A stretch of DNA of 64,000 nucleotides from an uncultured Rickettsiales bacterium (GTDB lineage: Bacteria > Pseudomonadota > Alphaproteobacteria > Rs-D84), in the NCBI GenBank assembly GCA_900550495.1, contig URSJ01000003.1:18227-82226 (forward strand), written 5' to 3'. The notes beneath the pieces were generated by a model, which ran no database searches, was not told the origin of the DNA, and saw only the letters and a program-made list of their open reading frames with translations. Of the stretch, positions 55,912 through 64,000 are shown in pieces (within the stretch, counting starts at the first letter, position 1; the number at the start of each line of letters is the position of its first letter). Made by a program: the position numbers and the translations under genes.

Positions 55912-55922
55912 ATTTTATCACA
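55912..55922 (-). promoter_or_regulatory. Extended -10 element TGTGATAAAAT (minus strand)
   Basis: Reverse complement of attttatcaca, 18 nt upstream of ATG 55893. Confidence 0.45.
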
Positions 55923-55974
55923 AAACCGCACACACTGCAAAAAAAAAATACCCTATGTGGGTCGATTGCTGGTA

Positions 55975-56003
55975 TAAAAAAACCGCCAAACGGCGGATTT
56001 TTT
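55975..56003 (-). terminator. Rho-independent terminator after rpmH
   Basis: CCGCC-AAAC-GGCGG flanked by A7 and T6 tracts. Overlaps the rpmH stop. Confidence 0.75.
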
Positions 56004-56154
56004 AATTAGCGGCAGTCACGGCCAAGCGTTTGCGCCCCGCCGCGCGACGACGATTCAATACATCGCGACCGCCCTTGGTTGCCATTCTTTCACGAAAGCC
56101 GTGCGTGCGCACGCGACGTGTTTTTGACGGTTGATAAGTTCTTTTTGTTGCCAT
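56002..56154 (-). CDS. rpmH: 50S ribosomal protein L34 (below the ORF-track size cut-off)
   Basis: Manual translation: [50 protein letters not shown]. Confidence 0.9.
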   Translation of the reverse strand: MATKRTYQPSKTRRVRTHGFRERMATKGGRDVLNRRRAAGRKRLAVTAAN

Positions 56155-56330
56155 AACTAAATCCTTTTGCGCGTCTATTTAACCACAGGTTTTTATAAAA
56201 CGCAACCTTTTTATTTAGATTTTACTAAACCCAGCTTTTTTAACCCCTCTAGGATTAAATAGTAACTGAACAGCAGGGTAAATAAACGCCAAAATGGTAA
56301 AAACATTGTCTTGTCCGTTGGTTAGGTTGA

Positions 56331-56549
56331 TTATTTTGTTTTTTGAAATCTGTCACAGAATTGTTGGCGCACCTGGCATAACCGCTTGCGTGCACGGTCA
56401 GCGGCATGAATTACGCTTAATGCGAATTTTATATTGGTGCAAATCCCACGCAACTGCATGCGGATAATACGATCATCAGTTCCATATGCATCCAACATTC
56501 TGGCCGCTTCGTCTTGTGCTGCGTGAAGCACTTTTTCTAGTTCTGTCAT
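56331..56549 (-). CDS. Small hypothetical protein
   Basis: 72-aa ORF between rpmH and gyrA. No motif recognised. Confidence 0.35.
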   Translation of the reverse strand: MTELEKVLHAAQDEAARMLDAYGTDDRIIRMQLRGICTNIKFALSVIHAADRARKRLCQVRQQFCDRFQKTK

Positions 56550-56669
56550 AGTGCTATTTATGTTATTACGAAAAAGTCTTTTGTCAATATGTTTTTTAGT
56601 CGTTATGTCTTGACCGTTTGCCTAAAAATTTGCTATTGTTGCAGTATTAAATATAGGGGAAAATGAAGT

Positions 56670-59411
56670 ATGTCTGAAATTGCTAATAATGCCGATGATA
56701 TGGCGGTAAAAATTCCACAGTCGTCGATTGAACACGAAATGCGGACCAGTTTCTTGGATTACGCAATGTCTGTTATCGTTGACCGTGCGTTGCCTGATGT
56801 TCGTGATGGGTGCAAGCCTGTGCATCGTCGTATTTTATACGTTATGAACGATGTTGCGCCGGCAACAAAGCCAACGGTTAAATCTGCGCGTATCGTGGGC
56901 GAGGTTATGGGTAAATATCACCCCCATGGCGACAGTTCTATTTATGACGCGATGGCCCGTATGGCCCAGGATTTTTCTATGGGCGAAACATTGGTTCAGG
57001 GCCAAGGTAACTTTGGGTCGCGCGACGGGGATAAACCTGCGGCTATGCGTTATACCGAGGCACGCCTGTCCAAACTGGGCGCGTCCCTGATGGACGATAT
57101 GGACAAAGATACCGTTGATTGGCAGCCGAACTTTGACGGCACATTGCAAGAGCCGGTTGTCTTGCCAACCAAGTTTCCAAATTTCTTGGTAAATGGTGGT
57201 TCGGGTATTGCGGTTGGTATGGCGACAAATGTTCCGACATATAACCTGGGTGAAATTTGTAATGGTATTTTGGCAATCTTGGACAACAAGGATTTGTCAG
57301 ATGATGAATTGTTCGGCATTATCCCTGGGCCTGATTTCCCAACAGGGGCGATAATAATGGGACGTGCCGGCGCATACAAGGCGCATACGACCGGGCGCGG
57401 GTCTATTATCGTTCGTGCAAAAACACACATGGAAAAATTTCACGACCATGATGCAATCGTTGTTGATGAAATCCCTTACCAGGTCAACAAGGCCCAGATG
57501 ATTATCAAAATCGCCGAATTGATAAAAGATAAACGCATAGAAGGTATTTCTGAAATTCGCGATGAATCGTCCAAAGAAGGTCTGCGTATCGTTATTGAAT
57601 TAAAGCGCGACGCGATTTCTGATGTGGTGTTAAATCACCTGTTCCAATATACGGAAATGCAGACGAATTTCCCGGTCAATATGATGGCGTTAAATCGTGG
57701 TCGCCCAATGTTGTTCAATATTCGTGGCGTGCTGGACGCGTTCATTGATTTCCGGTGCGAGGTTATACGTCGTCGCACGATTTTCGATTTGAACAAGGCG
57801 CGTGCGCGTGCGCACACATTGTTGGGCCTGTCGGTGGCGGTTGGAAATCTGGACGAAGTTATTGAACTGATTAAATCCAGTCCGAACCCGGACGCCGCGC
57901 GCGATGCATTGATTTCACGCGGTTGGCGTGCGTCGGACATTGAATCATATATTCAACTGATTGATGACCCGAATACAGAATACAAAGACGGTATGTTCTA
58001 TATGTCCGAAGATCAGGCACGTGCAATTCTGGAATTGCAATTGCATCGTCTGACGGGGTTGGAACGCGACAAGATTCACGATGATTTAACAACGTTGGGC
58101 GCGTTGATAAAAGACCTGTTGGATATTCTGGGCAGTCACGAACGTATTATTCAAATTATTCGTGATGAAACTACGGCAGTTCGTGATAACTGGGCATCGC
58201 CACGTCGCACAGAAATATCTGATGCAGAAATAGATATTGATATAGAAGATTTGATTGCACGCGAAGATATGGTTATCACGGTGTCTAATACCGGTTATAT
58301 CAAGCGCGTATCACTGGATACATATCGTGCGCAAAAACGTGGTGGCAAGGGTCGTAATGCAATGACCACCAAAGACGACGACTATGTGGTCCAGGTGTTT
58401 GTTGCAAACACGCATACGCCGTTGTTGTTCTTCAGTTCCAAGGGATTGTGCTATAAACTAAAAACCTACAAATTGCCCGAAGCAGCCGCCGCCGCCAAGG
58501 GACGGCCATTGGTCAATCTGTTGCCGTTGGAAAATGGCGAAACGATTACCGCAATATTGCCGGTGCCCGAAGAAGAAGTCGCGCGCGTTCGCGCATCTGG
58601 CCAGGAACATTTCCTGATGTTTGCAACTGCGTCCGGCACGGTGCGTCGCAATCGTATGTCTGATTTTGATTCAATCCGCGCAAACGGTAAAATTGCAATG
58701 AAATTGGACGACGGGGACAGTTTGATTTCTGTTCTGCCGTGCAACGAAGACCAAGATGTGTTCTTGGCAACATATCGCGGTCGTTGTATACGTTTCCCAG
58801 TCAACGAAATTCGCGTCTTTGCAGGCCGCAATTCAACCGGGGTTCGTGGTATGAATCTGGGTGCAGATGATAAAATCATCGGTATGGCAATGTTGACGCA
58901 TGGCGAATCTGATGCGACGGTGCGTGCGGCGTATATTAAACAGTCGCGTGCATTGCGTCGTGCGGCAACTGGCGTTGACGAAGAAGCGTCTGATGACGAA
59001 GAAACAACAACACTGACGCTGACTGATGAACAAATGGCGCGTATGGCGGCCGATGAACAGTTTATATTGACCATATCTGAAAATGGATTTGGTAAACGCA
59101 CCAGTGCATATGAATATCGCACAACACACCGTGGCGGTAATGGATTTACCAATATTAAACTGGGGGGTAAAAACACAGCGGTCGCAGGTTCGTTCCCAGT
59201 TGAAAATGGGCACGACGTTATGATGGTGACCGATGGCGGTAAAATTATTCGCACACCGGTTGATGACGTTCGTATTGCTGGACGCAGTACGGCCGGTGTG
59301 ACGCTGTTCCGCACAGGTGAAAATGAACGCGTTGTGTCGGCAATTTCAATAGTCAGTGACGAAGAAGAAGCGGCCGAGGTTGAAGCCGACGCTGCCGCAA
59401 TCGCAGAATAA
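56670..59411 (+). CDS. gyrA: DNA gyrase subunit A
   Basis: ..FLDYAMSVIVDRALPDVRDGCKPVHRRILY.., YHPHGD, C-terminal beta-pinwheel repeats and an acidic tail. Confidence 0.95.
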   Translation: MSEIANNADDMAVKIPQSSIEHEMRTSFLDYAMSVIVDRALPDVRDGCKPVHRRILYVMNDVAPATKPTVKSARIVGEVMGKYHPHGDSSIYDAMARMAQDFSMGETLVQGQGNFGSRDGDKPAAMRYTEARLSKLGASLMDDMDKDTVDWQPNFDGTLQEPVVLPTKFPNFLVNGGSGIAVGMATNVPTYNLGEICNGILAILDNKDLSDDELFGIIPGPDFPTGAIIMGRAGAYKAHTTGRGSIIVRAKTHMEKFHDHDAIVVDEIPYQVNKAQMIIKIAELIKDKRIEGISEIRDESSKEGLRIVIELKRDAISDVVLNHLFQYTEMQTNFPVNMMALNRGRPMLFNIRGVLDAFIDFRCEVIRRRTIFDLNKARARAHTLLGLSVAVGNLDEVIELIKSSPNPDAARDALISRGWRASDIESYIQLIDDPNTEYKDGMFYMSEDQARAILELQLHRLTGLERDKIHDDLTTLGALIKDLLDILGSHERIIQIIRDETTAVRDNWASPRRTEISDAEIDIDIEDLIAREDMVITVSNTGYIKRVSLDTYRAQKRGGKGRNAMTTKDDDYVVQVFVANTHTPLLFFSSKGLCYKLKTYKLPEAAAAAKGRPLVNLLPLENGETITAILPVPEEEVARVRASGQEHFLMFATASGTVRRNRMSDFDSIRANGKIAMKLDDGDSLISVLPCNEDQDVFLATYRGRCIRFPVNEIRVFAGRNSTGVRGMNLGADDKIIGMAMLTHGESDATVRAAYIKQSRALRRAATGVDEEASDDEETTTLTLTDEQMARMAADEQFILTISENGFGKRTSAYEYRTTHRGGNGFTNIKLGGKNTAVAGSFPVENGHDVMMVTDGGKIIRTPVDDVRIAGRSTAGVTLFRTGENERVVSAISIVSDEEEAAEVEADAAAIAE

Positions 59412-59426
59412 AAACGGGGTGCCGAA

Positions 59427-59807
59427 ATGGAAAACAATGAATACTTTTCATCAATAAATGATGTATCCAAACGTTTGGACATTCCGGCACACACCCTGCG
59501 TTATTGGGAAAAACAATTCCCTGTCGCGATAAAGCCGACAACGGGTGCCGGTGGTCGTCGCTATTATCGCGTTGAGACGGTAAATCGCCTGGTCGTTATC
59601 AAGGATTTGTTGTATAACCGCGGTATGACGATTGCAGGTGTAAAAAAAATGCTGCGTGATGGCACATTCCCAGATACGCCTGGTGATGTGGTTATTGGTG
59701 CAACGTCGGCTGCGGTGCCTGGGGCACACAATGCGGCACACGCCGATGATATTTCTGCGGCGATAACATTGCTGGACGCGGCAAAGCAGATTTTGACGGC
59801 GGTGTAA
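59427..59807 (+). CDS. MerR-family transcriptional regulator
   Basis: SINDVSKRLDIPAHTLRYWEKQF..GGRRYY is the MerR HTH signature. Confidence 0.8.
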   Translation: MENNEYFSSINDVSKRLDIPAHTLRYWEKQFPVAIKPTTGAGGRRYYRVETVNRLVVIKDLLYNRGMTIAGVKKMLRDGTFPDTPGDVVIGATSAAVPGAHNAAHADDISAAITLLDAAKQILTAV

Positions 59808-60551
59808 ATGCTGTTCACATCTGTTCCACATTTTCTTAGTAATATTATTTGCGGTCTGATTCCGGACAAGGCGCGTCGCAAAAAGGCGCGTGTGATGATG
59901 AATTCGCCTATGGCAATCCAGGTGCAATTTATTCGTCGCAATATTGATGAGCCAATTCGGCGTCTGAAAACATTTGTTGGATATCAGGCACGCAGTCTGA
60001 TTATCGGCGTGAACGATAAATGGATTTTCAAGTTTCCGTTGCGTCGCGATAACAGTGACGAATTGGCCCAGCGCGAGGCGCGAATTGTCAACGCGTTGTC
60101 GCCACTGTCGCCGATTTATATTCCGCCGGTCCAGATTTTAAAATTGCGTGGACGTTTGGTTCGTAAATATGAATTTGTGCGTGGCAAAACTCTGCGCCAG
60201 ACATCGCCCGATTTAATACTGAAACATAAAACAAAGTTGGCGCGCCAGATTGCAAATTTCTTGTATGTTGTTGGCACATCAGACCCGGCCCAGATTCGTG
60301 ATTTGAAACCATCTGTGTCTGCGCGTCCTGGGTTCTTGTTCGGCTGGTCCCAGGGGGACGTTTGCGACAATTTTATGATAGATACGGAAACAATGAACGT
60401 GATTGCGATTATTGACTGGGAAGATGCACATTTCGGCGATATTTTGCCCCAGTTGGTAAATGACCGACGTTCGCCCCAGCGCGAACTGATGGCCGCGGTC
60501 AAAGACGAATATGAAAAAATCTGGCACGCACACAATAAACAGAAAAAATAA
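59808..60551 (+). CDS. Phosphotransferase (APH/choline-kinase-like) family protein
   Basis: ..WIFKFP.. (Lys), ..GDVCDNFMID.. (D-x4-N-like), IIDWEDAHFGD motif. The ATG directly follows the MerR stop. Confidence 0.65.
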   Translation: MLFTSVPHFLSNIICGLIPDKARRKKARVMMNSPMAIQVQFIRRNIDEPIRRLKTFVGYQARSLIIGVNDKWIFKFPLRRDNSDELAQREARIVNALSPLSPIYIPPVQILKLRGRLVRKYEFVRGKTLRQTSPDLILKHKTKLARQIANFLYVVGTSDPAQIRDLKPSVSARPGFLFGWSQGDVCDNFMIDTETMNVIAIIDWEDAHFGDILPQLVNDRRSPQRELMAAVKDEYEKIWHAHNKQKK

Positions 60552-60581
60552 AATTCGCCGAACACGTCGGCGATTTTATTT
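60549..60581. terminator. Bidirectional terminator (after the phosphotransferase gene and after tRNA-Glu)
   Basis: TCGCCGA-ACACG-TCGGCGA flanked by A- and T-tracts. Confidence 0.75.
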
Positions 60582-60656
60582 TGGCAGTCCCAAGGGGAAT
60601 TGAACCCCTGTTCCCAGAATGAGAATCTGGTGTCCTGACCGCTAGACGATGGGACC
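60582..60656 (-). tRNA. tRNA-Glu (anticodon read as CUC)
   Basis: Reverse complement GGTCCCATCGTCTAGCGGTCAGGACACCAGATTCTCATTCTGGGAACAGGGGTTCAATTCCCCTTGGGACTGCCA folds as a cloverleaf. Anticodon loop is TTCTCAT. Confidence 0.85.
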
Positions 60657-60666
60657 AAACGGCACA

Positions 60667-60695
60667 ATCATATCAGGATTTTTTATGTTTTGCAA
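60667..60695 (-). promoter_or_regulatory. Promoter TTGCAA-N17-TATGAT for tRNA-Glu
   Basis: On the minus strand, -35 at 60695-60690 and -10 at 60672-60667. The tRNA 5' end lies 10 nt downstream. Confidence 0.55.
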
Positions 60696-60747
60696 ATAAA
60701 TCAATGTATTTATGTTATTGCTCATTCAATTCACGTTGCACGTTTGT

Positions 60748-60871
60748 GCCTGCGGGGCAACCGTGACGATTTGATTATGCACGGCTTATCAAATCTACTT
60801 GTTGTCGAACCGGCAACTGCGTTGCAGGTATCGCGCCGTGGCTGCGAACCAAAAATAAAACCGGCACAAGG
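60748..60871. repeat. ~124-bp direct repeat, copy 1 (structured spacer element)
   Basis: About 90 percent identical to 60947-61070 (roughly 13 mismatches by hand). Contains hairpin GATTTGAT..ATCAAATC. Confidence 0.9.
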
Positions 60872-60946
60872 CATAGCTAATTTGTATAATCCTTGCTGTG
60901 TGTGGGGGCGCACGGGGTTCCCTCGGCTGTGGCACAGATGCGCCAC

Positions 60947-61070
60947 GCCTGCGGGGCAACCGTAACGATTTGATTGCGCATGGCTTATCAAATCTACTTG
61001 TTGTCGAACCGGCAACTGTGTTGCGGGTGTCGATCCGTGGTCGCCAACCAAAAATAAAACCGGCACAGGG
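60947..61070. repeat. ~124-bp direct repeat, copy 2
   Basis: Period 199 bp relative to copy 1. Its 3' part includes the tRNA-Gln terminator hairpin. Confidence 0.9.
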
Positions 61071-61083
61071 CCGGTTTGATTTT
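61047..61083 (-). terminator. Rho-independent terminator after tRNA-Gln
   Basis: AACCGGC-CCTGT-GCCGGTT followed by TTTATTTTT on the minus strand. Confidence 0.75.
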
Positions 61084-61157
61084 TGGTTGGGGCGCACGGA
61101 TTCGAACCATGATAAAGAGAACCAAAATCTCTTGTCCTACCATTAGACGACACCCCA
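61084..61157 (-). tRNA. tRNA-Gln (anticodon UUG)
   Basis: Reverse complement TGGGGTGTCGTCTAATGGTAGGACAAGAGATTTTGGTTCTCTTTATCATGGTTCGAATCCGTGCGCCCCAACCA. Anticodon loop is TTTTGGT. Confidence 0.9.
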
Positions 61158-61169
61158 AAAGTGATTATG

Positions 61170-61197
61170 ATTATAAGTATCTTTTGAATTTTTGCAA
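61170..61197 (-). promoter_or_regulatory. Promoter TTGCAA-N16-TATAAT for tRNA-Gln
   Basis: On the minus strand, -35 at 61197-61192 and -10 at 61175-61170. The tRNA 5' end lies 12 nt downstream. Confidence 0.6.
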
Positions 61198-61368
61198 TAA
61201 TAAAAATTTAATATTTTGAATATGCAATTAAAAAAATCAGATTTTTTTACTATTTTGTCCTTGCATTAAACTGTTTAGAATATATAATTATTCAGTTTTT
61301 TAATGATTAAAAGTCTTTTAATTATTAAACGCTTACCGTTACATTTTGCCACAAAAGGGGCGCGAGAT

Positions 61369-61818
61369 ATGGCACGTAAAGAATTTATTCGTTTGTTGGA
61401 ATCAAATATTTTGACTTTGGACCGGTTGGCTGAACGGTTGCGCAAGGAACCGTTGGATGCGGGATTGTATCCCAAGAATCAGATGACGGTCTTGGTGCGG
61501 CTGCATATGGGTGGACGTGCGCGACTGAAAGAAATTGCGCGTCGTGAATTGGTTCCAGCACCAAATTTATGTGCGACGTTTCGCAAACTGGAACGTGACG
61601 GATTGGTAGCGCGGACGATTGATGAAAATGATCGTCGTAACACATGGTATGAATGCACGCCAGCTGGCGAAAAATTAGCAGACAAGGCGATGGAGATGTT
61701 TCGTTGCGCAATATCGCGTCTGTTTGAGAATATCGCCCCAGCGGACGAGACTGCATTGACGGGGGCACTGAAAATAATGAATGAAATACTGACAAAGATG
61801 GAGATAAAGCATGTTTAA
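61369..61818 (+). CDS. MarR-family transcriptional regulator
   Basis: ..MTVLVRLHMGGRARLKEIARRELVPAPNLCATFRKLERDGLVARTIDENDRRN.. is a winged HTH. Start ATG 61369 follows AAGGGG. Confidence 0.8.
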   Translation: MARKEFIRLLESNILTLDRLAERLRKEPLDAGLYPKNQMTVLVRLHMGGRARLKEIARRELVPAPNLCATFRKLERDGLVARTIDENDRRNTWYECTPAGEKLADKAMEMFRCAISRLFENIAPADETALTGALKIMNEILTKMEIKHV

Positions 61819-63139
61819 AATTGGACGTTTGACCGCGATTTTTTGTGGCGTGATTGTGGGGACGACAAATGCAAATGCAATGGACTTGTCGTTGAGCACA
61901 GCGGTAGACAAGATTGTTACTGAATCCCAGGATTTAAAAAAGGCCGATGCAAATGTTAAAAAGGCCCAGGCGTCCTTGGATGCGGCAAACGCCAATCGTT
62001 GGTTCACGGTTGATGGCACGGTATCATATATGAATCTGATAAATGTTAAAAAGCCGTTTGAATCATATGGCGTAGATTTGACACCGGAAATGGGCGGTGT
62101 GTTGGCGCGTGTTTTAGACACAGATATTAATCATATTGAGGTTCCAGATAATATCTTTACAGCAGGTGTCCAGGTGACTCAGCCAATTTATACATTTGGT
62201 AAAATAGGCAATGCTGTTGATGGTGTACGCAGTGCGATAAAGATGGCCGATGCCAGTCGTGAAATGACGCTGCGTGCGGTGAAATATAGTGCGGCAGATA
62301 TTTATTGGACTGCGAAAATGACTGATGAAATTGTTAAAATTGCACAACAAGATTTGAATTCTGCGCGCAATGCACAAAAGAGTTTGACGTCGGCTGGTCG
62401 TGCAAATCGCAGCAATTTGGTTAAAATTGAATCTGATATTGCCACCAAAGAAATCAATTTATCTGACGCAGAATTCAATCGTGATACTGCGCACAGAATG
62501 CTAAAAATCTTGGCTGGAATCGACATGAGTGAAACGTTAAATTTGACTGATGATTTCCCAGCAACATTTTCTGATTTGAACGCAGGCGAATTAAAATCAA
62601 CCCCCCAGTGGCGTGTCCTGGACGAGCAGGTTATGATGTATGAAAAACAGGCTCGGGCCCAGCGTGCAGGCGGATACCCGACATTGGCAGCGGTTGGTTC
62701 GTACAGTTATCTGGCAATGGATCAGGATTTTAACAACATGTTTAATCGCACGAATTCCCAGTCTGCATATTGGGGACTGGCGTTACAGGTGCCAATTTTC
62801 AGTGGTGGTTTGCATCGTGCAAATGCCACGGCCCAGGCCATGAATGCCGAGGCTGCTCGCCAAGACCTGGACAAGGCGAAAAAGATGACCAGCGAAGAAT
62901 ATTCGCGTGCAATTGATAAATACAATCATCTGCGCGGGAATCTGAAAACGTTAGAAAATGCTCGTAATCTGGCGGCCAAAGCATACGGTATTTCCAGTGA
63001 TCGTTTCGCCGCTGGGCAAACATCTGCCGTTGAATTAGCCGAGGTGTCAGCTGGTCTGTATCAGTTAGATATGGCGTTGTTAAATGCGAAATACAATATA
63101 CTTATGTCTGCGGAATCGGTGAAAAAGTTGGGTGAATAA
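61811..63139 (+). CDS. TolC-like outer-membrane efflux protein
   Basis: Signal peptide, then two repeats of coiled-coil/beta segments typical of the OEP family (..VTQPIYTFGK.., ..LQVPIFSGG..). 8-nt overlap with the MarR gene. Confidence 0.8.
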   Translation: MFKIGRLTAIFCGVIVGTTNANAMDLSLSTAVDKIVTESQDLKKADANVKKAQASLDAANANRWFTVDGTVSYMNLINVKKPFESYGVDLTPEMGGVLARVLDTDINHIEVPDNIFTAGVQVTQPIYTFGKIGNAVDGVRSAIKMADASREMTLRAVKYSAADIYWTAKMTDEIVKIAQQDLNSARNAQKSLTSAGRANRSNLVKIESDIATKEINLSDAEFNRDTAHRMLKILAGIDMSETLNLTDDFPATFSDLNAGELKSTPQWRVLDEQVMMYEKQARAQRAGGYPTLAAVGSYSYLAMDQDFNNMFNRTNSQSAYWGLALQVPIFSGGLHRANATAQAMNAEAARQDLDKAKKMTSEEYSRAIDKYNHLRGNLKTLENARNLAAKAYGISSDRFAAGQTSAVELAEVSAGLYQLDMALLNAKYNILMSAESVKKLGE

Positions 63140-63140
63140 T

Positions 63141-63773
63141 ATGAAAAATACTGTGAATAAACTGATGTCAAAAATCGAAAGTGCGATTGCATTTATGAAA
63201 ACACCACGCGGTCGTAAGTGTGCATCAATTGGCATGCTAGGGATTGTTGTTTTATGGTGTGTGTTCCGTTTTACAATGATTGGAATTGAACACGCGCGTG
63301 TTGTGTTTAATGCGTCACGTGATGCCGCACAAAACGGCGTTCCTGTTGTTGCAATCACACTATCGCGCACATCTGGCGATTTGCGCGAACCAATCGCAGT
63401 CAAGGATAATCGTGCATACGTTTCTTCGGGGCGTATAAACAAGTTTGGTGTCGGCCAGCATGTTGGCAGTGGCGTAATCGTATCTGTTTCTGGGGGAATT
63501 GATTTGGATTCGGGTATGCATATTATTCGGACGCGTGGTGTGGCTGATGGCCTGCAATATGCCGAATACCGTGCAACGGGATATTTTGTGCCGGTATATG
63601 CCATAAACAATGGTGTCGTTATGGTTGCAGATGGTAATATTGCGCGGACGCGTAATGTGCGGGTTGGGCGTCAGGACGCCGAAAATGCTTTGGTTGAATC
63701 GGGCTTGCGCGATGGCGATATTGTCATTTTGACACGTGTGTCTGATGGTGACAAGATTCAAATTAAACAGTAA
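63141..63773 (+). CDS. Short membrane-fusion (periplasmic adaptor)-like protein
   Basis: N-terminal TM segment. C-terminal ..VRVGRQDAENALVESGLRDGDIVIL.. is typical of MFP barrel/MP domains. At only 210 aa there is no obvious alpha-hairpin. Confidence 0.5.
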   Translation: MKNTVNKLMSKIESAIAFMKTPRGRKCASIGMLGIVVLWCVFRFTMIGIEHARVVFNASRDAAQNGVPVVAITLSRTSGDLREPIAVKDNRAYVSSGRINKFGVGQHVGSGVIVSVSGGIDLDSGMHIIRTRGVADGLQYAEYRATGYFVPVYAINNGVVMVADGNIARTRNVRVGRQDAENALVESGLRDGDIVILTRVSDGDKIQIKQ

Positions 63774-63794
63774 AATATTGGGGAGATTTCAGTC

Positions 63795-64000
63795 ATGTTA
63801 AAATTTTTCGTTCGCAGACCTGTTACAACAGTTATGTTTGTTTTGTTATGGGTTGCGTTGGGTTTGGTTTCATTTCCAAAGATGAACGTTGAACGCACGC
63901 CGTCATTGGATTTTCCAATGGTTACGGCAACATTTATATATCCTGGTGCGTCGCCTGCGGAAATTGAATCCCAGGTTATTAAAAAGGCTGAAGACGCCAT
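63795..64000 (+). CDS. RND (AcrB-like) efflux permease, 3'-partial
   Basis: Manual translation MLKFFVRRPVTTVMFVLLWVALGLVSFPKMNVERTPSLDFPMVTATFIYPGASPAEIESQVIKKAEDA. GGGGAG Shine-Dalgarno. The frame runs off the window. Confidence 0.85.
   Translation, partial: MLKFFVRRPVTTVMFVLLWVALGLVSFPKMNVERTPSLDFPMVTATFIYPGASPAEIESQVIKKAEDA

Noticed and set aside
54926-55912. 328-aa plus-strand ORF (and 55299..55769) opposite the Cys-rich gene.
   Set aside because: It is low-complexity Ala/Cys/Val sequence with no start context. The minus-strand ORF is longer and has a signal peptide and the family-typical Cys modules.
55894-56669. Possible replication origin near rpmH/gyrA.
   Set aside because: There is no dnaA gene and no cluster of TTATNCACA-type DnaA boxes. 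I saw only one imperfect TTATCACAA.
58466-59494. 342-aa minus-strand ORF antisense to gyrA.
   Set aside because: gyrA is unambiguous on the plus strand. The antisense frame is Ser/Ala/Arg-rich, as is typical of shadow ORFs.
60690-61153. ORFs across the tRNA spacer (60690..60965, 60731..61153, 60795..61097, 60898..61146), and the idea that the repeat units are tRNA or two-piece tmRNA genes.
   Set aside because: The ORFs run through tRNA-Gln, a terminator and duplicated non-coding repeats. I could not fold the units into a cloverleaf, and I found no tag-peptide reading frame (..AA-stop) or tmRNA 5'/3' consensus.

Overview
This is a chromosomal window from a compact, moderately AT-rich bacterium. 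The rrn operon, a ZitP-like gene, PPDK and the general gene content look alphaproteobacterial, but the 16S is divergent and I did not place it further. All calls come from reading motifs by eye; no searches were run. Housekeeping genes present: rluD, ppdK, rplU-rpmA, dnaQ, uvrD, rpmE, a class A PBP, mliC, mraY-ftsW-murG, comF, valS, rpmH (missed by the ORF track), gyrA, one 16S-tRNAIle-23S-5S operon, tRNA-Glu, tRNA-Gln, and MarR-TolC-MFP-RND. These are interleaved with lineage-specific envelope genes. (i) Three giant pilin-like paralogues are translationally coupled to a ZitP-like zinc-finger protein (2-4696). (ii) A family of signal-peptide-bearing Cys-rich proteins is built from C-x3-Y-x2-C-x4/5-C (CX6C) modules (5774-8842, 24960-27029, 28051-30363, 54115-55893). 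Looser Cys-rich relatives lie at 9564-10793 and 53346-54134. (iii) An orphan array of five TrbL/VirB6-like polytopic membrane paralogues (33238-39807; four coupled plus one divergent) is driven by palindromic back-to-back promoters, with no other type IV secretion gene in the 64 kb. The array, possibly acting together with the Cys-rich exoproteins, is my best candidate for an undescribed system. Non-coding structure is also rich. Inverted 8-bp-period AGTGAnnn arrays sit next to terminators; one pair is split by a GIY-YIG cassette with 41-bp inverted repeats and another pair is an empty site. A more AT-rich insertion flanked by 97-bp direct repeats lies just after 5S and carries a Schlafen/AlbA_2-type ATPase gene, with a minimal kinase-like gene just outside it. 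There is also a 46-bp perfect palindrome, a duplicated structured spacer between two tRNAs, recurrent TGTGATAwwAT extended -10 promoters, and several apparently leaderless genes.
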